Source: Nitrospirota bacterium (GTDB lineage: Bacteria; Nitrospirota; RBG-16-64-22). From it: a stretch of 48,235 nt of DNA. Numbering within the stretch: the stretch's first letter is position 1; each line of letters begins with the position of its first letter. The position numbers and the translations under genes are program-made. The stretch spans positions 1-48,235 of the forward strand of contig JACPZO010000015.1 in assembly GCA_016195465.1 (NCBI GenBank). The letters run 5' to 3'. The notes under the pieces are model-generated. The model made no database searches, was not told the origin of the DNA, and saw only the letters and a list, made by a program, of their open reading frames with translations. This document shows positions 1 through 8,417 of this stretch, piece by piece.

Positions 1-141
1 CAGGGGGAAGCATTGAACGGACTTGACAGGATACGCGAAGCAACTTCGCGTCAACGACCCGAGGTAGGAGCCGTATGAGGTAATTCCTCACGTACGGATC
101 TGTGCGGGGGGCGCCCGGCAACGGGCGTCCCTACCGCGAAT
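1..141 (+). mobile_element. Group II intron 3' end (domains V and VI) with a fused remnant of the RT ORF; 5' part lies outside the window
   Basis: GAGCCGTATGAGGTAATTCCTCACGTACGGATC (68-100) is a domain V hairpin with the AGC triad. GGGGGCGCCCGGCAACGGGCGTCCCTACCGCGAAT is domain VI with a bulged A and an AY end. Upstream reads QGEALNGLDRIREA (RT N-terminus-like) joined to LRVNDPR* (RT C-terminus-like). Confidence 0.9.
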
Positions 142-240
142 TCTAATTGAGCAATTCGCTTGACAAGCAACAGGCCGGTCGAGAGGTAGAAAGGACAGAT
201 AGTCGTAAATAGAAACAACGTAGCCCTGAAGTCCCCGACA

Positions 241-268
241 GGAAAGCCGGAAGAACCCGTTGTTGGGC
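241..268 (+). other. Putative integron recombination core site (attI-like, G|TTGGGC) opening cassette 1
   Basis: GTTGGGC at 262-268 is complementary to the GCCCAAC inverse core after the first gene. No upstream RYYYAAC is seen, so it looks more attI-like than attC-like. Confidence 0.45.
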
Positions 269-312
269 CGTGCCTGCTGGGTGAACGCGGTTCTGTTGTC
301 CGGGAATGAGAC

Positions 313-1467
313 ATGAGAACTCGTCGGATCAAACGATGCGGCGCGGTTTTCTTCGCTTTGGCGGCCGCAACAGCGGTATGGTGGATTATCGCGGCTGGTC
401 CGATTACGGTCTATCGGACGGTTGTTTACAACTTTTCCGGCATTGATGACTACCGTATCTTTCCCCAGCGCCGCCTAACAGCTCCACAGCAACCATTTCG
501 ATTCCGCGAAGTCGGCAACGACGGGAACGCACCCTTCGCGGTCAGCTTTGGCAGCCGTCATGAAGTGCCTCTTTCGGAACTGCTATCCGCAACAGAGACG
601 GTCGCTTTTCTGATTGTGAAGAACGATGCAATTGTCTTCGAGAAGTACCTTCAAGGCTTCGATCGTGCGTCGCCATCCTTGTCGTTCTCGATGGCGAAGT
701 CACTCCTATCGGTATTGATAGGTTGCGCCATTGCTGACGGTTACCTGAAGTCGGTAGATCAGCCTGTGACCGATTTTGTCCCGGAACTGAAGGAGCAAGG
801 ATTTGCCTCGGTCACGCTGAAGCACCTTCTGCAAATGACTTCCGGCATTGACTACATGGAAAACGATTTTCCCCTAGGGTTACACGTTCGCTTCTACTAC
901 ACGAACCGACTCGAACCAGAGATCTTGAACCTCAGACTACGGGAACCACCCGGCACCCGATTTGTTTACAAGTCAGGCGATGCCTTCGTGTTGACGCTCG
1001 CTCTCAAGCGTGCACTCGGCGGCATGAGCATCACTCAGTACATGCAAGAACGCATCTGGAACCCGCTGGGTATGGAGGCCGACGGGGTGTGGAGCATCGA
1101 TCATGCGCCGGACGGTTTGGAGAAAACCAGTTGCTGCATCGCGGCCACCGCCCGGGACTTCGCCAAGTTCGGCCGCCTTTATTTGAACAAAGGAAGCTGG
1201 AACGGGCGACGCATCGTTCCGGAGGTCTGGGTGAGGGAATCCACTCGGAGCGATACGAGCCCCGGCAGCAACTGGAATTACCAGCACCTATGGTGGCTGG
1301 TCGCGCGCGACCGGCCCGACTTTATGGCGAATGGCCACCTCGGGCAGTTTCTGTACATCAACCCGTCCGCTGGAGTAGTCATCGTTCGCCTTGGCAAAAG
1401 CATGGGGGGGTTGAGTCGGGAGGAGTGGACGCAGGTCTTCATGTCGCTGTCGGACGGTATCCGATGA
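313..1467 (+). CDS. Serine hydrolase, class C beta-lactamase/AmpC-like family (NylB-like), N-terminal signal/anchor; gene cassette 1
   Basis: SFSMAKS (SxxK), HLLQMTSG, F-x-Y-K-S, ARDFAKFGRLYL and G-x-x-GQ motifs. Confidence 0.88.
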   Translation: MRTRRIKRCGAVFFALAAATAVWWIIAAGPITVYRTVVYNFSGIDDYRIFPQRRLTAPQQPFRFREVGNDGNAPFAVSFGSRHEVPLSELLSATETVAFLIVKNDAIVFEKYLQGFDRASPSLSFSMAKSLLSVLIGCAIADGYLKSVDQPVTDFVPELKEQGFASVTLKHLLQMTSGIDYMENDFPLGLHVRFYYTNRLEPEILNLRLREPPGTRFVYKSGDAFVLTLALKRALGGMSITQYMQERIWNPLGMEADGVWSIDHAPDGLEKTSCCIAATARDFAKFGRLYLNKGSWNGRRIVPEVWVRESTRSDTSPGSNWNYQHLWWLVARDRPDFMANGHLGQFLYINPSAGVVIVRLGKSMGGLSREEWTQVFMSLSDGIR

Positions 1468-1513
1468 CGTTCGGGAAGAAATAGACGTCTCACCAATACC
1501 GTACCACTTCGCG

Positions 1514-1603
1514 GCCCAACACGGCGCACCACCCCGACTACCTACAGCTTCTACTCCAGGCATCGCTCCGGTTTTCGGCAGCGGGTAAGCGTGGTCGCTG
1601 GGC
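1514..1603 (+). other. attC site 1 (degenerate R' box)
   Basis: GCCCAAC(1514)...GCACCACCCCGAC...GCGGGTAAGCGT...GCTGGGC(1603): imperfect palindrome between two co-oriented ORFs. Confidence 0.65.
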
Positions 1604-1620
1604 GTAACAGGAGAAATCGC

Positions 1621-2169
1621 ATGGAGGTACTCAACGTACATCAGCGCGAGCTTGAAGCAGACCCGATACAAGTTGGCGCGCTCATTGATTCGCTTGCGTC
1701 GAAAGAAGATCGGTTATGGCCAAGACAAGCCTGGCCGCGCATGCAGTTCGACCGCGCGCTTGGGGTCGGCGCGAAGGGTGGACATGGCCCAATCGGGTAC
1801 TTTGTCGAGGAGTACACATCTGGCAATTCAATCAAGTTTCGCTTCACTCGCCCGGAAGGTTTCGATGGTCACCATATTTTCGAAATCACGAGCGGCCCCC
1901 AACAACCGGTTGTCTTGAGGCATACACTGAAAATGAATACTCACGGCCTCGCGGTCTTGTCATGGCCTTTGGTTTATCGGCCGTTGCATGACGCCCTGGT
2001 GGAGGACTCTCTTGCTGCGGCCCAGGCATCGCTCGGGCTGCCTCCGGCAACTCAACCCTGGTCACTTTGGGTAAGGATCCTTCGTTGGGCTGTTTCCGGC
2101 GGCAAGGCTCGTTCCCAGATTACGCCCAACAACTCGCCCAGGGGGACGCGCCAAGACCGACGCGCCTGA
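1621..2169 (+). CDS. SRPBCC/START-like family protein; gene cassette 2
   Basis: ATG at 1621 after RBS CAGGAGA; VLNVHQREL...DRLWP...GAKGGHGPI...FRFTRP...WPLVYRPLHDALVEDSL pattern; stop falls inside attC2. Confidence 0.7.
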   Translation: MEVLNVHQRELEADPIQVGALIDSLASKEDRLWPRQAWPRMQFDRALGVGAKGGHGPIGYFVEEYTSGNSIKFRFTRPEGFDGHHIFEITSGPQQPVVLRHTLKMNTHGLAVLSWPLVYRPLHDALVEDSLAAAQASLGLPPATQPWSLWVRILRWAVSGGKARSQITPNNSPRGTRQDRRA

Positions 2170-2184
2170 GATCGGGCGTTGGGA
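2124..2184 (+). other. attC site 2
   Basis: GCCCAAC(2124)AACTCGCCCAGGGGGACGCGCC-AAGACC-GACGCGCCTGAGATCGGGC-GTTGGGA(2184), ~61 bp imperfect hairpin. Confidence 0.7.
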
Positions 2185-2206
2185 GGGGATCAAGGCGGGT
2201 AAATCA

Positions 2207-2764
2207 TTAGAGCACTTCCTTCAAGATGGTCTCGAAGGTATTCAAGAAGTTCCTGCCGTCCGAGGCGGAACCGAAGTCCTTCAGGCAGGCTCGGATGTGC
2301 CCAATGTCGATATTGCGGTTCTTGAGAAGGATGGACCGAACATCCTCCAAGTCCCTGGGCCGGCCGGCGAAGACCTTATGGATCACGAGGTCTTCCGGGG
2401 ACGCAAAACATACTTCTTGTCCCCCAATCTTGACAATCCGGCCGCGGCCTATGGCTTCCCTTTCGTACGGCGTGAAGGAAAAGATGAAATCCACGCGGAT
2501 TCCGGTTATGTCGTCGAGCGTGGGGAGCACCATCGTTTCCTGGACAAAGGCTGATGGGTTTTCGGGAAGGGGTCGCAAAGAAAGTTCCCGGACCAGCGAT
2601 AAGACCTCGTGGGCCCGGCTTGGCTCGAGTCCGAGCGTTACGTCGATGTCCCGCGTGAGGCGAGGCTCACCGTAGATCAGGACCGCTTGGCCGCCGATAA
2701 TCATGTACGGCACGCGGTGATCGCGCAACGACTTGCCTAGCTTGGCGAGGATTTCCTCGAACAT
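2207..2764 (-). CDS. Nucleotidyltransferase (DUF6036/AbiEii-like), putative toxin-antitoxin component
   Basis: YMIIGGQAV...GEPRLTRDID motif (GG...DxD); SPEDLVIHKVFAGRPRDLED; start reassigned to MFEEIL. Confidence 0.82.
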   Translation of the reverse strand: MFEEILAKLGKSLRDHRVPYMIIGGQAVLIYGEPRLTRDIDVTLGLEPSRAHEVLSLVRELSLRPLPENPSAFVQETMVLPTLDDITGIRVDFIFSFTPYEREAIGRGRIVKIGGQEVCFASPEDLVIHKVFAGRPRDLEDVRSILLKNRNIDIGHIRACLKDFGSASDGRNFLNTFETILKEVL

Positions 2765-2958
2765 GAATTTAGGATCGAAGCCAGGCGTATGTCGGTTTCG
2801 ATCCCCTCCATGGGGTCGCTGGGCGGGAGCACGCCGAGCGCCACGCCTTCGCGCCACATCGCGTCGACAAGGGCGAAGGCCCGGCGGGCGTCCAACCTCC
2901 CTTCGGTGCGTGAGAGGCGGTCTTCGAACTCATTCAGCGCCCGGGGATTTTCGATCAC
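2737..2958 (-). CDS. Small hypothetical protein, partner of the nucleotidyltransferase
   Basis: 73 aa, overlaps the downstream gene start, GGGAAG RBS; MWREGVALGVLPPSDPMEGIETDIRLA. Confidence 0.65.
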   Translation of the reverse strand: MIENPRALNEFEDRLSRTEGRLDARRAFALVDAMWREGVALGVLPPSDPMEGIETDIRLASILNSCSRKSSPS

Positions 2959-3071
2959 GGTTCGTCTTCCCCTTCCGTCGGAACTGCCGGCAGGTTATTC
3001 TTCACATTCTACCATGTCGGCGAGTGCGCTCGTAACTTTCTGCGCCCGCAGGGTCCGGACAACGGAGACGG

Positions 3072-3125
3072 TGAAGAACCCCGCCTTTCAAGGCAAGGCG
3101 GGGATTCTCCGACCTCTGCGGTTCA
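3072..3125. repeat. MITE/REP family A, short copy
   Basis: TGAAGAACCCCGCCTT..AAGGCGGGGATTCTCCGACCTCT|GCGGTTCA; matches both ends of copies at 44101 and 46879. Confidence 0.8.
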
Positions 3126-3388
3126 GCGCAAGACCTTGACCATCTGCTCGTGCGGAACGCGCGACCGGGGCAGGGGGTGCTCGGCCGGATAGCCGACGGG
3201 GACGAGCGCGACGGGGCGAAGATCGTCCGGGATGTCGAGAAGAGCGCGCACGGGCTCCTCGTCGAACGAGCCGACCCAGACTCCGCCGAGTCCCCTCGCG
3301 TGGGCGGCCAGGAGAAGGTTCTGGACGCTCGGGGACTGGAGGTTCCCCCGCTCGGCGCCCATCGGAGGGCCTCGACGAGGTCGTCCAT
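3123..3388 (-). pseudogene. Nitroreductase family remnant (frameshift and internal deletion)
   Basis: EALRWAPSGG in one frame continues as NLQS..VQNLLLAAHARGLGGVWVGSFDEE..LRPVALVPVGYPAE in another; middle and N-terminus are missing. Confidence 0.75.
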
Positions 3389-3431
3389 CTGCCTTTAGCT
3401 GGGTATGGGGAGGCAGGCCCCCGACTACGGG

Positions 3432-4220
3432 TCAGGCCTCGGCGGGTTTCTTTCGGCCGAAGAGGCGGGCGGAGATGATGCCGATCTCGTAGAGGATGAT
3501 GAGCGGGCCGGCCATGAGCGTCTGGTTGAACACGTCCGGCGTCGGCGTCAGGATCGCTCCGATGATGAAGGCGAGGAGGACGGCGTACTTGCGGTTCCGG
3601 GCCAGGAAAGCCGGTGTCGTGAGGCCCATCCGCGCCATGAGCGTAATGACGAGCGGGAGTTCGAAGATCAGGCCGAAGGCCAGGAGGAACTTGACGCAGA
3701 AGTCGACGTACTCCCCGACGGTCAGGATCGGCTTCAGGTTCTCGTCGAACGAGACGAGGAAGTTCAGGGCGAAGGGGAGGACGACCTTGTAGCAGAAGGC
3801 GAGGCCGAGAGCGAAGAACAGGGTCGAAAGGACGACGAAGGGGAGGGCGTAGTGCCGCTCGCCGGGGAGAAGGCCGGGGGCGATGAACCGCCAGACTTCG
3901 AAGAGAATGACCGGGACCGACAGGAACAGCGCGGCGAAGAAGGCCAGCTTCAGGTGCGTCCAGAATGGCTCGGTCGGCGTGTGGAAGTAGAGCGTAAGAG
4001 GCTCCGGACGGGCCTTCGCCTGGACGTACGGCGGAACGCGCTCGAAGACGTACGTCGTGTTGAGCGGCGCCTGGACCAGTTGGAGGATGAAGTGCGACTG
4101 GTTGAACGTGACGACCATGGCGATCCCCACGGCGACGATCGAGACGAGAAGCCGCTTCCGGAGCTCTTCGAGATGAGCGGTGAGGGGCATCCGCTCCTGG
4201 CCGTTTTCTTCCTCAGCCAC
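3432..4220 (-). CDS. tatC: Twin-arginine translocase subunit TatC
   Basis: [34 protein letters not shown] motifs; six hydrophobic segments. Confidence 0.97.
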   Translation of the reverse strand: MAEEENGQERMPLTAHLEELRKRLLVSIVAVGIAMVVTFNQSHFILQLVQAPLNTTYVFERVPPYVQAKARPEPLTLYFHTPTEPFWTHLKLAFFAALFLSVPVILFEVWRFIAPGLLPGERHYALPFVVLSTLFFALGLAFCYKVVLPFALNFLVSFDENLKPILTVGEYVDFCVKFLLAFGLIFELPLVITLMARMGLTTPAFLARNRKYAVLLAFIIGAILTPTPDVFNQTLMAGPLIILYEIGIISARLFGRKKPAEA

Positions 4221-4572
4221 CTTGCGGACCTCCAGCCGGCCGGCCTTTCGGCGCGTTTTCTGCCGGGGCGGGCTCGCCGGCTTTCGCTTCCTTCTCGACG
4301 GGCGATTCCACGGCCGACGTGATCTGGCGGGCGGTGTCCTCCGCGGCTTTCTTCGTTTCCTCCAGGTACTTCTCGATGTCGGCTTTCTCCTCTTCGAGAC
4401 GGATCTGCTTGATCTCTTCGTCGATCGTCTCCTTGACCTCCTGCGTGGCCCGCTTGAACTCCGCGAACCCCTTCCCCACGGCGCGGGCGAGGTCCGGGAG
4501 TTTCTTCGGGCCGAAGACCAGAAGGGCGATGACGAAGATGACGATCAGCTCGGGGACACCGATTCCGAACAC
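4213..4572 (-). CDS. tatB: Twin-arginine translocase TatA/TatB family subunit
   Basis: [33 protein letters not shown]; overlaps tatC; TatA versus TatB cannot be resolved. Confidence 0.85.
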   Translation of the reverse strand: MFGIGVPELIVIFVIALLVFGPKKLPDLARAVGKGFAEFKRATQEVKETIDEEIKQIRLEEEKADIEKYLEETKKAAEDTARQITSAVESPVEKEAKAGEPAPAENAPKGRPAGGPQGG

Positions 4573-4592
4573 AGAGATTCTCCGGAATTAAA

Positions 4593-4624
4593 CAGGCACC
4601 CCCGGGTCCGTCCGGGGGTGCCTG
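4593..4624 (-). terminator. Hairpin downstream of the OmpA-family gene
   Basis: CAGGCACCCCCGG-GTCCGT-CCGGGGGTGCCTG followed by TTTAA on the minus strand. Confidence 0.6.
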
Positions 4625-4655
4625 ACGAAAAAGCCGGCCGCGCGAAGGTCTTCCG

Positions 4656-5933
4656 CTATTGCGTCTTTACGGTGAAATGGGCGCGGCGATTCTTGGCCCG
4701 GTTCGCCTCCACGTCGTTGGGATAGGCCGGCTTCTCTTCGCCGTAGGAGATCGTCGAGAGCCGGTCGGCGGGGATGCCCAGGAGGACGAGATAGTTGTAA
4801 ACGCTCCGGGCGCGGCGGTCTCCCAGGGCGAGGTTGTATTCCGTCGTTCCGATGTCGCACGTGTGGCCTTCGACGACGATCGCCACGCCGGGGTTCTTCT
4901 TGAGCTCCTCGGCGGCCCGGTCGAGGATCTTCTTCCCTTCGGGACGAAGCGCGGCGCGGTCGAAGTCGAAGTGGACGTCCTCCAGGGCCGCCACGAGGCT
5001 CGCGGGGACGGCGGCAGGGACGGGGGCAGGTGCGGCGGGGGCCGCGGCCGCGGGAGCGGCAGGTGCGGCCGGCGCCGCGGGCGGCGCGGCTTCGGCTTTC
5101 TTGACGCCGAACAGGAAGGCGACGCCCGCCGTCAGCCCCCAGTCGGGAGAACTGCTCGTGAACGCCCGGCTGGCGCCGAAGTGGGCGACGACCTTGTCCG
5201 TGACGTAACGAAGGCCCGCGCGTCCCTCGATCTGCCGGGAGGCGGCGTGGTCCGGGTTGCGGTCGGAATTTCCCGCGACTTCCGCCAAGCCCTGGAGCTT
5301 TCCGCCAGCGGGGAAGGCGAGGCCGACGCCGTACGTCACCTCGTTGTCCCTCTTGAACTCGGAAGGCTCGCCGACGACGGTGTAGCCGACGTTCACGTTC
5401 GTCTCGACGGTCCCCAGGGTCTTCGTGAGAAGGAGCTTCGCGCCGTAGTCGGTCTTCTTGGTCCCGATCCCCTTGTCCTTGCTCGCCGTGGGCGCGGCCA
5501 CGAACCCGAGGACCCCGAGTCCCGGCCTGCCGGCGGCCTCATCGAGGAAGCGGTACCGAACGCCGACCGTGAGGTCGTCGAGCCCCGCCTTGTTCGTCTT
5601 CGACTTGTCGGCTTCCCAGAACGTGAACGGGACATTGGCCTCGATCTGGAGGTTGTTTCTGATTCCGTAGGCCAGGGGGACGTAGAACGTGTTCTGGTCC
5701 AGGTCGTCCCCACCGCCTTCCGTAATCGCCTCGCTTCCATACCAGCCCAAGCCGACGCCGAAGGCTCCCTGGGGGAGAGTCCGGGTCCCGATGACCGTGA
5801 AGATTCCAGTGTCGCCCACCGGCTTGTGACCCCAAGCCTCGGCCTGAGGCGCGGCCGCCGAGGCCGAGACTGGCACAAGAAAGACGACGAGCATCGCGGC
5901 GAGGACTCCCGTCAACCAGGGTCGAGCGTTCAT
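4656..5933 (-). CDS. Outer-membrane beta-barrel (transporter/MetA-pathway-like) fused through an Ala/Pro linker to a Pal/OmpA peptidoglycan-binding domain
   Basis: Signal peptide; alternating beta-strand pattern; C-terminal VHFDFD..VEGHTC..YNLALGDRRA..ISYGEEKP..KNRRAHF. Confidence 0.85.
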   Translation of the reverse strand: MNARPWLTGVLAAMLVVFLVPVSASAAAPQAEAWGHKPVGDTGIFTVIGTRTLPQGAFGVGLGWYGSEAITEGGGDDLDQNTFYVPLAYGIRNNLQIEANVPFTFWEADKSKTNKAGLDDLTVGVRYRFLDEAAGRPGLGVLGFVAAPTASKDKGIGTKKTDYGAKLLLTKTLGTVETNVNVGYTVVGEPSEFKRDNEVTYGVGLAFPAGGKLQGLAEVAGNSDRNPDHAASRQIEGRAGLRYVTDKVVAHFGASRAFTSSSPDWGLTAGVAFLFGVKKAEAAPPAAPAAPAAPAAAAPAAPAPVPAAVPASLVAALEDVHFDFDRAALRPEGKKILDRAAEELKKNPGVAIVVEGHTCDIGTTEYNLALGDRRARSVYNYLVLLGIPADRLSTISYGEEKPAYPNDVEANRAKNRRAHFTVKTQ

Positions 5934-6052
5934 CTCATCCTCCTTGTCGGCTCCTCCCCGAACGGCTCGCGGGAGGAGAAGGGCTAAGGCGTTCCTGTCT
6001 CAAGTCGAAATCGTCGGCTGGGACCGGCGGGGCGGACCGAAAAACGGTTGGG

Positions 6053-6081
6053 ATAATAACAACGCGGGAGAAAGGGGTCAA
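6053..6081 (-). promoter_or_regulatory. Sigma-70-type promoter for the OmpA-family gene
   Basis: TTGACC-17 bp-TATTAT on the minus strand. Confidence 0.5.
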
Positions 6082-6110
6082 GCGGTTTGGGAGGTTCGGT
6101 TTTTCCAGGG

Positions 6111-6145
6111 AATTGGAAATTGTAAATTTGAAATTGTAAAGTGAA
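6111..6145. repeat. AT-rich heptamer tandem array (AAATTGN-type)
   Basis: AATTGGAAATTGTAAATTTGAAATTGTAAAGTGAA; recurs at ~15890, ~37418, ~46075. Confidence 0.75.
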
Positions 6146-6149
6146 TAGA

Positions 6150-6187
6150 CAGGGGGAGGCCAGCCCTCGGCCGGGACTCCCCCTATC
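6150..6187 (-). terminator. Hairpin after the 6203-6682 gene
   Basis: CAGGGGGAGGCCAGCC-CTC-GGCCGGGACTCCCCCTA imperfect stem. Confidence 0.45.
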
Positions 6188-6202
6188 GACCCGCGGTTTG
6201 CG

Positions 6203-6682
6203 TTACTTCGCGGCCGGAGCCGGAGCAGGGGCCGGAGCGGCCTCCTTCTTCTCCTCCTTCTTGGCAGGAGCGGCCTTCACTTCGACGGAGCTGGCCACGT
6301 TCTTGCCATCCTTCTCGGAGTACTTGGCCGTGACCTTGTCCCCTTCCTTGACGTCGCCGATGCCCTTGACGCCCTTGAACTTCGTCTTGTCGGTGCAGGT
6401 GAGGACGACTTCCTTCTCCTCCTTCTTCACCTTCTTGACGACGGTCAGGGTGCTGGCCTTGGCGTCGACCGCCTTGACCGAGCCAATGACCGTGTGGGCC
6501 TTGGCGGCCTTCTTCTCGGCCTTGGCAGGCTCGCCCGGATGCTCGGCCTTCTTCTCGGCGGCCGGAGCGGCGGCGGGCTTCGTCTCGGCCTTCTTCTCCT
6601 CGGCCTTCTTCTCCTGAGCGAAGGCAACCGTGGAGACGGCGACGAACGCGAATGCCATTGCGATTGCGAAGATCTTCTTCAT
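6203..6682 (-). CDS. Secreted Lys/Ala/Glu-rich small protein with a predicted OB-fold (DUF5666-like)
   Basis: Signal peptide ending AFA; GSVKAVD..TLTV..TKF..GIGDVKEGDKVTAKY..VASSVEV; strong RBS GGAGGTGA. Confidence 0.8.
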   Translation of the reverse strand: MKKIFAIAMAFAFVAVSTVAFAQEKKAEEKKAETKPAAAPAAEKKAEHPGEPAKAEKKAAKAHTVIGSVKAVDAKASTLTVVKKVKKEEKEVVLTCTDKTKFKGVKGIGDVKEGDKVTAKYSEKDGKNVASSVEVKAAPAKKEEKKEAAPAPAPAPAAK

Positions 6683-6738
6683 GTTGGATTCACCTCCTTC
6701 CAGATGGGATCGAAAAAATCAGTTCGGATGGACGGTAA

Positions 6739-6753
6739 GCAACTCCATTGCCA
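6739..6753 (-). promoter_or_regulatory. Sigma-54 (-24/-12) promoter
   Basis: Minus strand TGGCAATGGAGTTGC = GG-N10-GC; AT-rich IHF-like site just upstream (6777-6805). Confidence 0.75.
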
Positions 6754-6900
6754 CAGCTACGGATTGTAAGATTCGGTTAGTTGTTGAATTATTTCAAATT
6801 GTTACGAGGGCTGCTTGCCTGGTCGGTGATGACGTATCTGACGATTTCTTTCGGAGACCGCACGATTTCGTGCAACCCGCCGCACGAACTGGGGTGTTTG

Positions 6901-7052
6901 GCGGGTTGCGAAAAAGTCTTTTCCCTTCTCCCTCCGGGAGAAGGCCAGGATGAGGGGGATATTTAAAACAAATGTTTATGAAAGTGAGATCGCCCTCACC
7001 CCAACCCTCTCCCATGAGGAGAGGGGGCAAAAGGGGGTTCAGCAACCCTTTA
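6901..7052. repeat. Composite MITE/REP: IS-like ends enclosing a CCCTCACCCC..CCCTCTCCC REP pair
   Basis: GGGTTGCGAAAAAGTC...TTCAGCAACCC ends; internal CCCTTCTCCCTCCGGGAGAAGG..GATGAGGG and CCCTCACCCCAACCCTCTCCC..GGAGAGGG. Confidence 0.65.
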
Positions 7053-8417
7053 GGGCTCTTTCTTGATGGCGAATTTTTCCAGCCGGTATTGAAGGGTCCT
7101 GTAACTCATGCCGAGAAGACGGGCGGCCCGGGCCACGACGCCGTCCGACTTCCTGAGGGCCTTGAGGATGATCTCGCGCTCGAACTCTTCGAAGGAGAAT
7201 CCCTCGTCGGGAATCTCGAAGTCAACCTGTTCGATCGAGAGCGGGCGGTCCCGGATCTCGGCGGGAAGGTCCTTGAGGTCGATCCAGTCGCCCGCGGAAA
7301 GGACGACCGCCCGTTCGATCGCCGACTGGAGCTGGCGGACATTTCCCGGCCACGGGAACCGGACGAGCCGCTCCATGGCGGCGGGCGTGATCCCGAGGAT
7401 CCCGCGGATCGGGCTCTCGCGGTTGTGCCGGGCGAGGAAGTGCTCGGCCAGCTCGGGAATGTCGGTCGTTCGATCTCGCAAAGGCGGAAGGGGAATGACA
7501 AGCCCGCACAGGCGGTAGTAGAGGTCGGCGCGGAACCTTCCGGTCTGCACGTCACGCTCGAGGTTGCGGTTCGTGGCCGCGAGGATGCGCACGTCCACCG
7601 TGAGCGCCGTGTTTCCGCCGACCCGCCGCACCTCCTTTTCCTGGAGGACGCGAAGGATCTTCGCCTGCATCGGCAGGGGCATCTCTCCGATCTCGTCCAG
7701 CAGAACGGTTCCCCCCTGCGCGGCCTCGAAGAGGCCCGGATGGGCGGCCGTCGCGCCCGTGAAGGCTCCCCGTTCGTACCCGAACAGCTCGCTTTCGAGG
7801 AGCGTCTCGGGGATCGCCGCGCAGTTGATGACCCGGAACGGGGCGGTCCGCCGCGGCGAGGCGAAGTGGAGGGCGCGGGCCACGATCTCCTTCCCCGTTC
7901 CCGATTCCCCCGCGATGAGGACGGTGGAGGAGGTGGGAGCCAAGCGCCTGATCATCTGGCGGACCTCGTCCATCCGGCCGGACGAGCCGACCAGGTTCTC
8001 GATCCGGAAACGGTCCTCGAGTTCTTCCTTGAGGCGGCGGTTCTCGCGGACGAGGCTGACGCGGTCGGCGGCGCGCCGGACGGTCATCAGGAGGGCATCC
8101 CGGTCGATCGGTTTGGTCAGGTAGTCGAAGGCCCCCTTCTTCATCGCCTCCACGGCGGAGGCGATCGTGCCGTGGGCGGTCATCATGATGACGCAGGCAG
8201 AGGGGTCTTCGCGGATCAGCGCGTCGAGAAGGGCGTCCCCGGCCAGATCGGGCATCTTGAGGTCCGTGAGGACGACGTCGAAGGAATCGCGCCGGTACGC
8301 CTTGAGGGCTTCGCGTCCGCCGCCGGCCGTCTCGACGCGGTACCCCTCGCCCTCGAGGATGACGCCCACGATCTCCCTCTGCGGGGGATCGTCGTCAACG
8401 ACGAGAATCGACGGCAT
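7050..8417 (-). CDS. Sigma-54-dependent response regulator (NtrC/ZraR/AtoC family)
   Basis: Receiver domain (ILVVDDD, DLKMP), GESGTGKE, ESELFGYERGAFTGA, WPGNVRQL, Fis-type HTH. Confidence 0.96.
   Translation of the reverse strand: MPSILVVDDDPPQREIVGVILEGEGYRVETAGGGREALKAYRRDSFDVVLTDLKMPDLAGDALLDALIREDPSACVIMMTAHGTIASAVEAMKKGAFDYLTKPIDRDALLMTVRRAADRVSLVRENRRLKEELEDRFRIENLVGSSGRMDEVRQMIRRLAPTSSTVLIAGESGTGKEIVARALHFASPRRTAPFRVINCAAIPETLLESELFGYERGAFTGATAAHPGLFEAAQGGTVLLDEIGEMPLPMQAKILRVLQEKEVRRVGGNTALTVDVRILAATNRNLERDVQTGRFRADLYYRLCGLVIPLPPLRDRTTDIPELAEHFLARHNRESPIRGILGITPAAMERLVRFPWPGNVRQLQSAIERAVVLSAGDWIDLKDLPAEIRDRPLSIEQVDFEIPDEGFSFEEFEREIILKALRKSDGVVARAARLLGMSYRTLQYRLEKFAIKKEP

Noticed and set aside
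160-192. Pc-like promoter for the cassette array (TTGACA...TAGAAA)
   Set aside because: Perfect -35 but 21-bp spacing to the best -10; not supportable without TSS data.
51-332. 93-aa minus-strand ORF
   Set aside because: Antisense translation of intron domains V/VI (GRPPHRSVREELPHTAP), a common artefact.
313-1467. Calling cassette 1 a beta-lactam resistance gene
   Set aside because: The SxxK hydrolase resembles NylB/esterase-type members; activity on beta-lactams cannot be inferred from sequence.
4659-5987. Long antisense or alternative-frame ORFs (also 6972-8480, 9857-11704, 13270-15111, 19943-22000, 24563-26161, 28245-29975, 33639-35717, 35144-36778, 39650-41359)
   Set aside because: Shadows of well-supported genes in high-GC DNA; Arg/Gly/Pro-rich with no motifs.
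6111-6145. Possible CRISPR array at the short tandem repeats
   Set aside because: 7-bp units without unique spacers; no cas genes; no repeat-spacer array seen anywhere in the window.
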